This document shows, in pieces, positions 31,210 through 40,712 of a DNA stretch of 64,000 nt. Location: contig CAVSZB010000007.1 of the NCBI GenBank assembly GCA_963732385.1, forward strand, positions 1,312,001-1,376,000, in the 5' to 3' direction. A program made the position numbers and the translations under genes. Numbering within the stretch: position 1 is the stretch's first letter; each line of letters starts with the position of its first letter. Below the pieces are notes generated by a model. It made no database searches. It worked only from the letters and a program-made list of their open reading frames with translations, and was not told the origin of the DNA. Source of the stretch: an uncultured bacterium (GTDB lineage: Bacteria; Krumholzibacteriota; Krumholzibacteriia; LZORAL124-64-63).

Positions 31210-32060
31210 CTAGGCTCCGTCTGAAAACGCGATCCGAAGGTAACGTTGTATGATAGCCAGTTTGAGCATCGCCAGGAAGTTCAACGCCAGCTTCTCGAAG
31301 CGGGTAGCGATGCGACGGCACTCCTTCAACCAGCCAACGCAGTTCTCGATCGCGGAACGCTGTCGATATGTTTCCCGGTCGAACAACAAAGGGCGGCCCT
31401 TGTGTTATTCGAGTTGATCGCTCCGTTGGGGAATCACGGCCTTGATGGCATGCCGGCGCAACCAGGTACGGATGCGCGGGTAGCTGTAGCCCTTGTCGCC
31501 GGCCAAGCGCACCGGCCGGGTTCGGGGACGCCCCGCCGCCTGCGGCACACGCACGAGATCCATCACCGCTTCGAACTGCGTCGACTCGTGGACTTGCCCG
31601 GCCGTGACGTGCGCGGCGAGGGGCAAGCCTTGACCGTCAGTGACCAGGTGGAACTTGCTGCCGTATCCGCCGCGCGAGCGGCCCAACGCGTGGTCTTTGG
31701 GCTCGAGTCGGCCCCCCTTTTTCCCGCTCCGGCCGCGGCTCGTGACGCTCGCACCGAAGAGCCGTCCACGCACCACAGATCCCAGTCGATGTACCCGTCC
31801 TCGTCCAGTCGGACCTGCAAGGTCTCGAGGAGTTTGTCGATCGTGCCGTCCTTGCGCCAGGCGTTGAAGCGATGATAGATCGTCTGCCACGGCCCGTAGC
31901 GCTCGGGCAGATCGCGCCAGGGTGCGCCGCTGCGCAGCACCCAGAAGATGGCGTTCAATACGGCCCGCGCCGACGTCGCCGGGCGACCCGTCGCGGCCGG
32001 AGGCGGAAAGAACGAAGCGATGGCGTCCCATTGTTCATCCGTCAGTTCGTAGCGATGCAT
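31210..32060 (-). pseudogene. IS5 transposase (orfA/orfB, -1 frameshift) with a premature stop
   Basis: orfA ELTDEQW..WRDLPERYGPWQT..VDGSSVRA; slippery G GGA AAA at 31725-31719; orfB LGRSRGG..GDKGY. An in-frame TAA at 31405-31407 precedes YRQRSAIE. Confidence 0.88.
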
Positions 32061-32141
32061 CCTTGCTGGCCTCCTTTGAGGACCGCCTTCCGTGGCGGCC
32101 GGAGGCCAGCTTATCAGATCAGAAGCTTTTCAGACAGAACC
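31213..32141 (-). mobile_element. IS5-family (IS427-like) insertion sequence, 929 bp
   Basis: 15-bp inverted repeats GGCTCCGTCTGAAAA / GGTTCTGTCTGAAAA; flanking TA duplication at 31211-31212 and 32142-32143. Confidence 0.92.
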
Positions 32142-32350
32142 TAATAGGCGTATCAGCCCATAGACGATGAGCCAGATCGAAATGGAGGCAAGAATAATGA
32201 GCACCGAATCGATCTGTTCCGCCCATACGCGACGCCAGAACCCCACGTACGCCAGGTCAGATCCTGTAACGGTGGCACACACCTGTCGCTGGAGGTGGGA
32301 TCTCCCATCAGCATGCATTCCGGGCCACAGCACCTTTCAAAACAGGCGGC

Positions 32351-33769
32351 CTACTTCAACATCAGCGCTTCCTTCATTATGAGTTCGCCACCCACCTCGA
32401 TCCGGAAGAAGTACTGGCCTGAGGGTGCCGATTGTCCCGCGGAACTCCGGCCATCCCAGGTCACCGCGTGCTCGCCGGCCGGGAATACGCGGTTCGCGAG
32501 TTCGGCCATCCGCCGTCCGCGGACGTCGAAGACCTCCACGCGCACGGCCTGCGTCTGCGCCAGCGAGAGGTGCACCGTCGTTCGCGGATTGAACGGGTTG
32601 GGGGAGATCCGGACCTGCGGCGACGCGATCGACTTGTCGGCGGGGCACGACGCCTCGATCAGGTCCGTGCCGCTGACCGGCTGTCCTGAGAAGGTCTCAC
32701 CGATCAGCGTGGCCTTGGTGTCGCCGGACTCGATCCCGGTCCCGGCAAGCAGAAAATGGAACATCAGGTCGAGGTCCCCGTCGTCGTCGACGTCCTCCTC
32801 GTGCCTGGTCAGGCCCGCCAGATCGGTGTGGGCCTCGGGAGCTTCCGCCGGGCCGAACCGCACCGTGGTGTGATCGACCGTCGTCGCGTCGAATTCGTCG
32901 GTGGTCAGCAGCACCACCGGGACCACGCCCTGGGCGGGATCGGCACAGAGGCTGATGTGGTTCTCCTCGCTGCCGGGCTTCACATCGATCCGTACCTCGA
33001 TGACGCACTGCGGGACCTGCGCGGCGAGCCACCTGGGATCCGCGTCGTCCGCTTCCGGCAGGCTGCCCAGCCGGGCGTCATTCCCGTTGGGCGACAGGTC
33101 GGCCGCGACCTGCCCGGAGCCTTCGTCGAACTTCCAGCAACCCAGAAGACCGGTCTCGTCGCCGTGCAGCCGGACGCACATCATGTCCCGGAGCTGCTCC
33201 GGCGTGCGCGCAACGTTCCACAGGCGGGCCTCGTCGATCAGGCCGACGATGCCGTCGGAGAAGTTGGTGAAGCGCCCGATGAAGAGGTCGGTGCCGTACG
33301 CGCTGAGCGGGCCGGTCATCGCGCGCCGGCTCACCTCGATGCCGTTGACGTACAGGCGCATCATCGCCCCGTCGTAGGTGCCGGCGACATGCACCCACTG
33401 GCCGTACGGCAGGACTGCGAGGGGCGACCGCAGCAACTGGCGCGAGCCGTTGACCGCGAGGTCGAACAGGAATTCCTGCGTCGATGAGTTGACGCCGAGA
33501 TGGTACTGGTAATAGGGAGGATTGTGGTTGTAGTAGGCCTTCTCGATGAGCGGACAGTTGCCCAGGTCGTAGAATCTGCGGGGGATCAGGCACCACGCCT
33601 CGATGGTGATGGCGTTCGCGGGATTGAGGGACGCGTTGTTCGCGGCGCGCAGGTAGTCGTGGCCATCGAACTCGAGGGCCGAGCAGACCGCACCGGCGGA
33701 CACCGCCGGCAAAAGAGCCAGGGCCAGAAAAAGGGCCGCGCACCTGAATGGACGCCGGAACGGGTGCAT
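32351..33769 (-). CDS. Secreted LamG/ConA-like lectin-domain protein with a C-terminal FlgD-Ig domain
   Basis: ITIEAW, WVHVAGTYDG..LYVNG, GLIDEARLWN, WKFDEGSG; IDVKPGS..DVDDDGDLDL domain; ISPNPFNP. Confidence 0.85.
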   Translation of the reverse strand: MHPFRRPFRCAALFLALALLPAVSAGAVCSALEFDGHDYLRAANNASLNPANAITIEAWCLIPRRFYDLGNCPLIEKAYYNHNPPYYQYHLGVNSSTQEFLFDLAVNGSRQLLRSPLAVLPYGQWVHVAGTYDGAMMRLYVNGIEVSRRAMTGPLSAYGTDLFIGRFTNFSDGIVGLIDEARLWNVARTPEQLRDMMCVRLHGDETGLLGCWKFDEGSGQVAADLSPNGNDARLGSLPEADDADPRWLAAQVPQCVIEVRIDVKPGSEENHISLCADPAQGVVPVVLLTTDEFDATTVDHTTVRFGPAEAPEAHTDLAGLTRHEEDVDDDGDLDLMFHFLLAGTGIESGDTKATLIGETFSGQPVSGTDLIEASCPADKSIASPQVRISPNPFNPRTTVHLSLAQTQAVRVEVFDVRGRRMAELANRVFPAGEHAVTWDGRSSAGQSAPSGQYFFRIEVGGELIMKEALMLK

Positions 33770-33928
33770 GATCGTACTCCATCCTGCGAGGCTGATTTGA
33801 AACTGGCGGCCGTTCTCAGGGCGAAATGAGCGGTATTCACATTATCATATTTTGCCTCGCTGGTGAATATATTCTCCGCTGCGGCGACCTGGCGTACCTG
33901 TAACAACAAGGTAATCGGATCTCAGTTG

Positions 33929-35995
33929 TCAGGATACGGCCGGCGCCGGCCGTGAATCCGCGGGGGTCGGAAACCGCCGCAGCAGACAGTCGTGCAGCGC
34001 CTCGGGCGAGTCGAAGTCGGAGGCGCGCAACCTCCACTCCGTCGGTGCGACGAGGAACGGCTCGGTCTGACGTCCACCGAGACCACCGTGGCTGCTGAGC
34101 TGTTCCTCGAAGACACAGACCTGGCCGCCAGGCAGGAGGGCCCCGTTGACGAGGAGATCGCCGGAGAGCGGAGAGGCGAGGATCCGGGCGATTTCGCCGG
34201 CCCAGCGGTCGGGGTCCCCGTAGACGGCGAGCGGATCGCAATCGCCGTGCAGCTCGCCCGTGGCCAGATCGCGGGCGCCGCGGGGACCGATTACGACGCC
34301 GCCGGCGTAGCCGCGGCGGGCGGCGATGAAGGCGACGCCGTCGTGCCGCACCAGCCCTTCCACCAGGCCGGGGTGCTCGGCCTCGACCTCGGACAGCACG
34401 GCCGCCCGATCCCAGCCGGCCAGATAGATGTGCGCGAGGCAGCCCGACACGCAGACCCGCGGACCGGGCGACGGCAGCCCGCTACGGTCCTGGCCGTCGA
34501 ACGACCAGCGGCGCAGCCGGTCGAGCGTGCGGCGGCTGCGCGCGGCGACCGGCCGCCGCTCCTCGGCCTGGCTTGCCGCCATCTCCGCCAGCAGCGCCGC
34601 CACGAAGGTCGGAGTGGAGGCGCCGTCGTCCGCGACGACCGCCTCGCTGCCGACCAGGCCGGCCACCATTTCCTCCAGCGTGCGGCCGTCGAGTCTGGCG
34701 AACGGAACGCTGGCCGACTGCCCGTGATCCGAGAGCAGGACCACATCGTAGGCGATCGGCGCCCCGGTGCGCAGGAGGCGCAGGAGGCGGCGCAGCTTGC
34801 GGTCGAAGGCCGACAGCGAGACGAGCGCCTCGTACGAGTCGGCGCCGCCGTAGTGCGCCACCTCGTCGTAGCCGACGAAGTTCGTGTAGATCACCGGCAC
34901 GCCGCGCATGAGGTCCTGCTTGATCAGGAAGTGGGACGTCTCGCGCAGGAGCGAGTTGGCCACGGCGCGCATGGCGGCCTGCTTCAGGCCGCGGTGCACG
35001 CGCGCCCGGCGCCGGCCGAGCCGTCCGATCAGCGTCCAGCCGAAGGCGGCGCCGAAATCGACCACCGCCGCCAGCAACGCCTTCGTGTACTCGAACGGGC
35101 TGAGCCAGAAGAGCGAAAGATCGGTCAGCTCGGCGCGACGCCGGGCTTCGTCGGGATCCCCCTGGGCGCTCAGGGTGAAGAGTCGCTTCGTCGCTCCGCC
35201 CGACAGGAAGCTGGTGATGCAGGAGCCGCCGGCCAGTAGCGGAACGCCGTCGGCTGCGGCCAGCGCCTCGAGCCGGCGCAGATCGGCGCTGTCGCTGGCG
35301 GCCCGCAGACGGCCCTCCGCGCGATCGTACCAGCGGTAGCCGGGCGTGTGGCGGCGCGATCCGAACAGCAGACCGGCCTGCACGGCGGGGGTGTTCGACG
35401 GGATACCGCAGTGCCAGCGGTGCAGCGTGTGACTGCCGCGCGCCAGCAGCGCGGAGATCGCCGGCACGCGCCCCCGCAACAGCGCGCGACGCAGGCTGCC
35501 GTGCGAGAGCCCGTCGATCTGCAGCAGAAGCAGTCCGCGCCGCACCGCCGGCGAGCGGGGCGGACCGAACCGCCGCCCGAGCCGGTGCAGCATCGATTGG
35601 AAGAACGGGTAGGTTTCGTCAATGCCGAGCCAGCCCACGAGGGCGGAGTTGATCACGCTAAGGATGGCCAACCCCGCGATGGTGTCGAGGAGGCGGTCCA
35701 TGACGAGAGGATGTCCGAGCCGCGCGGCGAGGTACAGCAGACCACCGTTGATGAAGAGGGTCGGCAGCCCCAGCGTCACGATGTTGAGCGGCAGGGTCGC
35801 CAGGACGAGCAGCGGGCGCAGGACGATCATCAGGAGCGCCATCTCCACCGGCAGGATCAGCGCGCTGGCCCACCAGTGCGGCGCGGAATGGTCGAAACGG
35901 AAACCGGGCAACAGGGAGGTGGCGAGCAACAGCGACAGCACGCCGATCGCCCAGACGAGGAAATAGCGCAGGAGGATGCCCAGCGCCGTCCTGAT
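33929..35995 (-). CDS. Holin-like 4-TM domain fused to an alkaline-phosphatase-superfamily phosphodiesterase
   Basis: LRPLLVLATLPLNIVTLGL..ING N-domain; LQIDGL, PSNTP, YDEVAH, LSDHGQ, SHGGLGG. Probable start is ATC at 35995 behind AAGGAGG. Confidence 0.8.
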   Translation of the reverse strand: MRTALGILLRYFLVWAIGVLSLLLATSLLPGFRFDHSAPHWWASALILPVEMALLMIVLRPLLVLATLPLNIVTLGLPTLFINGGLLYLAARLGHPLVMDRLLDTIAGLAILSVINSALVGWLGIDETYPFFQSMLHRLGRRFGPPRSPAVRRGLLLLQIDGLSHGSLRRALLRGRVPAISALLARGSHTLHRWHCGIPSNTPAVQAGLLFGSRRHTPGYRWYDRAEGRLRAASDSADLRRLEALAAADGVPLLAGGSCITSFLSGGATKRLFTLSAQGDPDEARRRAELTDLSLFWLSPFEYTKALLAAVVDFGAAFGWTLIGRLGRRRARVHRGLKQAAMRAVANSLLRETSHFLIKQDLMRGVPVIYTNFVGYDEVAHYGGADSYEALVSLSAFDRKLRRLLRLLRTGAPIAYDVVLLSDHGQSASVPFARLDGRTLEEMVAGLVGSEAVVADDGASTPTFVAALLAEMAASQAEERRPVAARSRRTLDRLRRWSFDGQDRSGLPSPGPRVCVSGCLAHIYLAGWDRAAVLSEVEAEHPGLVEGLVRHDGVAFIAARRGYAGGVVIGPRGARDLATGELHGDCDPLAVYGDPDRWAGEIARILASPLSGDLLVNGALLPGGQVCVFEEQLSSHGGLGGRQTEPFLVAPTEWRLRASDFDSPEALHDCLLRRFPTPADSRPAPAVS

Positions 35996-36065
35996 ACCGG
36001 CCTCCTTCCGCGAACCGTGCGAATCGCGGGCGCGGTCGTGGCGATGGACCGGCGCCAGCCCCCCG

Positions 36066-37562
36066 TCAGTCGGCCGCCGCCGCGCGCCGCAGGCGCGCGA
36101 TCACCCGGGGCGCGCCGATCAGCTCCATCACCGGGAAAATCCGGGCGTTGGCGTTCTGCCCGGTCAGGGCGACGCGGCACGGGTGGAGCAGCGCGCCCGG
36201 CTCCACGCCGAGATGCGCGGCCGTCCCGCGCGCCACCTCCTCGAAGAGTGCCGCGGGCGCGGCGACGACGCCATCGTCCACCGCCGCCAGCGCGTCGGCG
36301 AGTCGGGCAAGCCGCAGCCTGGCGTCGGCGACCGCCAGGTCCGCGGCCACGGCCGCCGCATCGACGGGGTAGTCCTCGGTGAAGAAGAAGGCGATCTGGT
36401 CAGGCACGCGCACCAGGTCGCTGAAGCGGTTGCCCAGAGCGCGCAGGACGGCGTCGAGGTAATGTGACGTGTCGCCGCCGGCCGGCGTGCGCCAGGTCGG
36501 ATCGACGGACCAGCCGCGCTCGGCGAGCCGCGGCAGCACGAGCGCGAGGCGCCGCGCGGGCGACAGCCGCTTGATGTGCTCGCCGTTGATGTAGGCGAGC
36601 TTGTCGTAGTCGAACGCGGCCGGTGCGCTCCCCACCCGCTTGAGCGTGAATTTCTTCACGAGCTGGTCCCGCGCGAGGACCTCCTCGCCGCCCGGTCCGG
36701 GCGACCAGCCGAGCAGCGCGAGGTAGTTCACCATGGCGTCGGGCAGGATGCCCCGGGCGGCGAACTCCTCCACGCTGGTGGCGCCGTGCCGCTTGCTCAG
36801 GCGCTTGCGATCGGGGCCGAGGATCATGGGCAGGTGACCGAATTTGGGCCGCGGCCAGCCGCAGGCATCGTAGAGCAGGAGCTGCGCCGGCGTGTTGCTG
36901 ACGTGGTCGTCGCCCCGCAGCACGTGGCTGATCCCCATCAAGTGGTCGTCCACCACGACCGCGAAGTTGTAGGTCGGAAAATCGTCGGCCTTGACCAGCA
37001 CGCGATCGGTGAGTCCGGCGTTCTGGAACTCGCGTCTGCCGTAGACGATGTCGTTCCAGACCGTCGATCCGTCGTCCGGCGTGCGCAGGCGCCAGCTCGG
37101 GCGGATACCCCGCGCCTCCAGGTCGCTGCGGTCGGCATCGGTGAGGCGGCGGCAGCGGCCGTCGTAGCCGGGCGTCTGACCGGCGGCGAGCGCCGCCTCG
37201 CGCCCCCGCTCGAGTTCTTCAGGATCGCAGTAGCAGGGATAGGCGTGGCCCGCCTCGCGCAGGCGGTTCAATTGCTCGCGGTAAAGGTCGAGCCGCTCCG
37301 ACTGCACATACGGCCCCCGATCCCCGCCGACGCCCGGGCCCTCGTCCCAGTCGAGGCCGAGGAACTCCAGCCCGCGCAGGATGGCGGCATACGACTCCTC
37401 CGTGCTGCGCACCTGGTCGGTGTCTTCGACGCGCAGGATGAACCGGCCCCCCTGGCCGCGGGCGTAGAGCCAGTTGAAGAGCGCCGTGCGCGCTCCGCCG
37501 ACATGCAGGAAGCCGGTCGGGCTCGGCGCGAAGCGGACACGGATCGCGGGCGGGTCGGTCAT
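36066..37562 (-). CDS. gltX: Glutamate--tRNA ligase, second copy with Zn-knuckle segment
   Basis: RFAPSPTGFLHVGG, AYPCYC..YDGRCR, HVLRGDDH, RLSKR, anticodon domain HPCRVALTG. Confidence 0.9.
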   Translation of the reverse strand: MTDPPAIRVRFAPSPTGFLHVGGARTALFNWLYARGQGGRFILRVEDTDQVRSTEESYAAILRGLEFLGLDWDEGPGVGGDRGPYVQSERLDLYREQLNRLREAGHAYPCYCDPEELERGREAALAAGQTPGYDGRCRRLTDADRSDLEARGIRPSWRLRTPDDGSTVWNDIVYGRREFQNAGLTDRVLVKADDFPTYNFAVVVDDHLMGISHVLRGDDHVSNTPAQLLLYDACGWPRPKFGHLPMILGPDRKRLSKRHGATSVEEFAARGILPDAMVNYLALLGWSPGPGGEEVLARDQLVKKFTLKRVGSAPAAFDYDKLAYINGEHIKRLSPARRLALVLPRLAERGWSVDPTWRTPAGGDTSHYLDAVLRALGNRFSDLVRVPDQIAFFFTEDYPVDAAAVAADLAVADARLRLARLADALAAVDDGVVAAPAALFEEVARGTAAHLGVEPGALLHPCRVALTGQNANARIFPVMELIGAPRVIARLRRAAAAD

Positions 37563-37587
37563 GGCGACGCCTTTGCCGGAACGCGGG

Positions 37588-38738
37588 TCAGGAGCCATCC
37601 GCGGCGGGGAACAGATGCGGCGAGCGCGGCTGAACGGCGGCGCCGATCGGTTCCGCGCCCGAGACCGGGTCGAGCCGGGCAGCCAGATCCGCGGGCGACA
37701 CGCCGTACACCCGGCTGCAGACGCGCGCCCAGCTGTCGCCGCCCGCCACGCCGGCAAGCGCCTCGCGCAGCCTGGGCAGGCCGCCGTGGTCCTCCACCAG
37801 CCGCCAGGCCATTACGAACGCGGAGTAGCTGGCGCAGCGAAAGCGCTTCTGGTCCTGCGCGCCGTCGGTGTCGGGCGGGCCGGCGAGGATCGTGTCGATC
37901 TCGACCGGCGGGAAGAACACCGGCCCCTCGGGTCGGTAGGGCGCCATGAAATTGGCGAGGTGCGGCCCCATGTCAGCGATGTAGGACGCCAGTCCCTGGC
38001 GCAGCCAGAGCGGCAGGCGGTCTTCCGTGGCGCGATCGAGCATCCAGAGGGTGGTCATTTCGACGGCGACATGCCCGGCGAGTGACCGCGCCAGGAGCGT
38101 CGGCACCGGCTCCACGAAACAGCTGTCTCCGTCGAGCCGGTAGAGACGCCAGGAACCGTAGCCGGTGCGCGCCGTGTAGTTCTCGAGGTTGTCGGGATTG
38201 ACGATCCGCAGCTGACCGTCCGGCGCCAGGTCGAGCAGATCGCGCGCGCGGTGCCGGGCCCAGTCGCACAGCTCGACGAACAGCATCAGATCGCACGGCG
38301 CGTATTGGGGCGAACAGGCAAAAGTGAGCCACGGCAGGGCCAGACGGCCGGGATCCACCGTGAGACCGTCGCGCGGAACCAGTTGCCCGCCGCGACAGAA
38401 ACTGCCAACGCCATAGGGTCGACCGTCCGCCGCGAGCGGTGGCTGCCAGTCGTGCCAGAAGAATGCGTGCATGTGATCGGGGTAGCCCGAGGCCGCCAGC
38501 TGCGCCGCGGTGAAGCGGGGGAAAGGGCCGGCCGGTGTGAGATCGGCCAGGTGGTGGGGATGCGCCGCCGGCGACGGCGTGGCGGCCGCTTCCGGCGGCG
38601 GTGCAGCCGCTTCCGGCGGCGGCGCGCCCCCCCGCCCGTCGCGTGGGCACAGCCCGGCGCGGGGACGTACAGCGCGAGAGCGGCGGCGATCGCTACGACC
38701 GCCAGGGCGGCGGAGCGGACCGGGCGCGCCGCAATCAC
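37588..38738 (-). CDS. Secreted protein with a degenerate peptidase-MA-like domain, frameshifted at a G7 tract
   Basis: GTG at 38738 overlaps the TPR gene stop and encodes a signal peptide. Adding one G at 38627-38633 joins it to APPPEAAAPPPEAA..MHAFFW..LPLWLRQGLASYIA. Confidence 0.65.
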
Positions 38739-40558
38739 TTTCCCGCCGCCTTCAGCTTCTTCGCTTCGGTGTAACATTTGGCCGCCTCGCTCTTCTTGCC
38801 GAGTTTGTCGTACGCCAGCCCCATGTTCTGCAGGGCCTCCGACGTCTCCTTCAGAGCGAGCGCCTGGTTGTAGACGTCGATCGCCTTCTGGTACTGACCC
38901 TGATGGTACCGGCAGAGCCCCAGGGCAAACACCGTGGGATAAGCGGTCGGATCGAGCTGCTGTGTCGATTCCAGCGCCGCGACGGCGTCATCATACCTGC
39001 CGGCCTCAAGCATGGCCCGGCCGAGGCTGTAGAACGCCTCCTTGAATTTCGGATCGAGCGTTACCGCCTCCTGGAAGGCAACGATCGCCTCATCGCGTCT
39101 GGCCACCCGGTTCAGACAGTAGCCGAGGTTGTAGTTCAGCTTGGCGTCGGGAACCAGCGCGATGGCCTGACGGTACGCCTCGGCCGCCTCCGCGTACTGC
39201 TCGAGCTGCCGCAGGCTCGAGGCCAGCGCGGACCAGGCCGGAGCCATGCCGGGATCGACCTTCACCGCGCGCCGCAGGGGGCCGATCGCCAGGTTGAATT
39301 TCTGCTCGCGAATGAGGCTGACGGCGTAGTTGTAGAGGGTCGCCGGCGACGTGTCCGGGTCGGCCACCACGTCGGAAAAGTAGCGGCGCGCCGCGGCGCT
39401 GTCGCCCGCCCTCAGGCAGAGATTTCCGAGCCGCGCCTTCAGATCGGACCGGGTGGAGCCGGCGGCGAGCGCGCGCTCGTAGGCGCGGATCGCTTCGGGC
39501 ACGTCTCCGGTGTCCTCCGCGACGCGGCCCATGGCGAGCCAGGCGCCGGCGGCCTGGGGATGGTCCCGCGTGGCGCGCTGCACGACCTCGCGCGCCTTGT
39601 CTCTCTCGCCGGCCGCCAGATAGGCCCCCACGATTCCCACGAGCACCTCGTCCCGCTCGGGTGCGAGGGCGAAGGCTTTGGCGTAGAGAACGGCCGCTTC
39701 GGCCGGCAGATCCGACTCGGCCAGCATGTTCGCGTCGGCGATGTAGCCGGCGAGCAGGCGCGCCACCAAAGCGCGGGCGGGGGCCGCGGCCGTGGAATCC
39801 TCGGCCTGCGCCGCGGCGGCGATCAGCCGGCGAGCCTCGGCCAGATGCTGTTCGAGCGCCGTACGGGCGGCGGCCGGTTCAGCGGCGTCGTCGGCCAGTT
39901 GCGCGAGCGCGAGCGCGGCGCGCATCCGCTCGTCCCCCTTGTCCGACGGAAGGGTCGCCAGCGCCGAAGCGAAAGCCTCCTTCGCCTTCTTCGGCTGACC
40001 AGCCTGGCGGTACGCCTCGCCCATCAACCGGGCGGCATCGGAACCGCCCTCAGGGTCGAGCTTCTGGTAGGCGGCGAATTCCGAAACCGCCAGTTCGTAC
40101 GCCTCGAGATGCACGAAAACCAGCGCGAGATTGCGGTGATAGTCGCCCTGCCGGGGGTCGGCCTGCACGGCCGAGATGAACGCGTCGCGCGCCAGCAGCC
40201 ACTCCTGTCGCTCGGCATAGATGACGCCCAGGTTGTTGTAGAGCTCGGGGTCGCGCGGATTGGCCAGGATGCGCGAGTTCAGATCGGAGATCTGCTGCTC
40301 GATCGTGAGTTCCTGATGCTCGTAGCGCCACGCCGCCGCGTCGGCCGCGAGGCTGTCGCGGACCGCGGCCTGACGCGCGTTGAAGCGCCGCGCCCATTCG
40401 TTGTGGCGCGCGATCGAATCGACGGCGGCCGAGCCGGCCGCGCTGGAGTCTGCCGGAGTGGCGACGGGATTCGACGCCGCCGCCGCTCCGCACGGAGCGG
40501 TCAGCAGGACCCCGACGATCGCCATGACAGGCAGCGGAAAGCGTTTACGAAGCGTCAA
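38735..40558 (-). CDS. Secreted multi-TPR protein
   Basis: GGGAGG RBS before TTG; signal peptide; repeated YNNLG/YNLG/ALQNMG TPR motifs. Confidence 0.88.
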   Translation of the reverse strand: MTLRKRFPLPVMAIVGVLLTAPCGAAAASNPVATPADSSAAGSAAVDSIARHNEWARRFNARQAAVRDSLAADAAAWRYEHQELTIEQQISDLNSRILANPRDPELYNNLGVIYAERQEWLLARDAFISAVQADPRQGDYHRNLALVFVHLEAYELAVSEFAAYQKLDPEGGSDAARLMGEAYRQAGQPKKAKEAFASALATLPSDKGDERMRAALALAQLADDAAEPAAARTALEQHLAEARRLIAAAAQAEDSTAAAPARALVARLLAGYIADANMLAESDLPAEAAVLYAKAFALAPERDEVLVGIVGAYLAAGERDKAREVVQRATRDHPQAAGAWLAMGRVAEDTGDVPEAIRAYERALAAGSTRSDLKARLGNLCLRAGDSAAARRYFSDVVADPDTSPATLYNYAVSLIREQKFNLAIGPLRRAVKVDPGMAPAWSALASSLRQLEQYAEAAEAYRQAIALVPDAKLNYNLGYCLNRVARRDEAIVAFQEAVTLDPKFKEAFYSLGRAMLEAGRYDDAVAALESTQQLDPTAYPTVFALGLCRYHQGQYQKAIDVYNQALALKETSEALQNMGLAYDKLGKKSEAAKCYTEAKKLKAAGK

Positions 40559-40712
40559 TGCCGGCCTCCCCAGGCTCGCCGCGGACGGTTGTCCGTCGAG
40601 GCGCGCCATGATAACGGCCCTGCCGGCGCCTGTCCAGCGCGGCGGGCCGGTCGGACAATTCCAACCCCCGCCGGAACTTGACGTTCCCGTCCGATAGTGT
40701 TACCCCGGCTCC

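Larger units (their letters stand above)
30833..32282 (-). pseudogene. RDD family membrane protein interrupted by an IS5-family element
   Basis: 5' part AYVGFWRRVWA..ID and 3' part QATPGKMAVGARIVDA..KQGLHDKVAGT. Removing 31213-32141 plus one TA rejoins the halves in frame (..IRLL|DPSYS..). Start uncertain. Confidence 0.85.

Noticed and set aside
30050..32350. Integron cassette array (DinB, GNAT, RDD small genes)
   Set aside because: No RYYYAAC..GTTRRRY attC-like sites and no integrase were found; the inverted repeat at about 30123-30160 has the wrong core orientation.
33929..35995. Prophage suggested by the holin-like domain and the fibre-like gene
   Set aside because: No capsid, terminase, integrase or lysin genes; both domains occur in cellular proteins.
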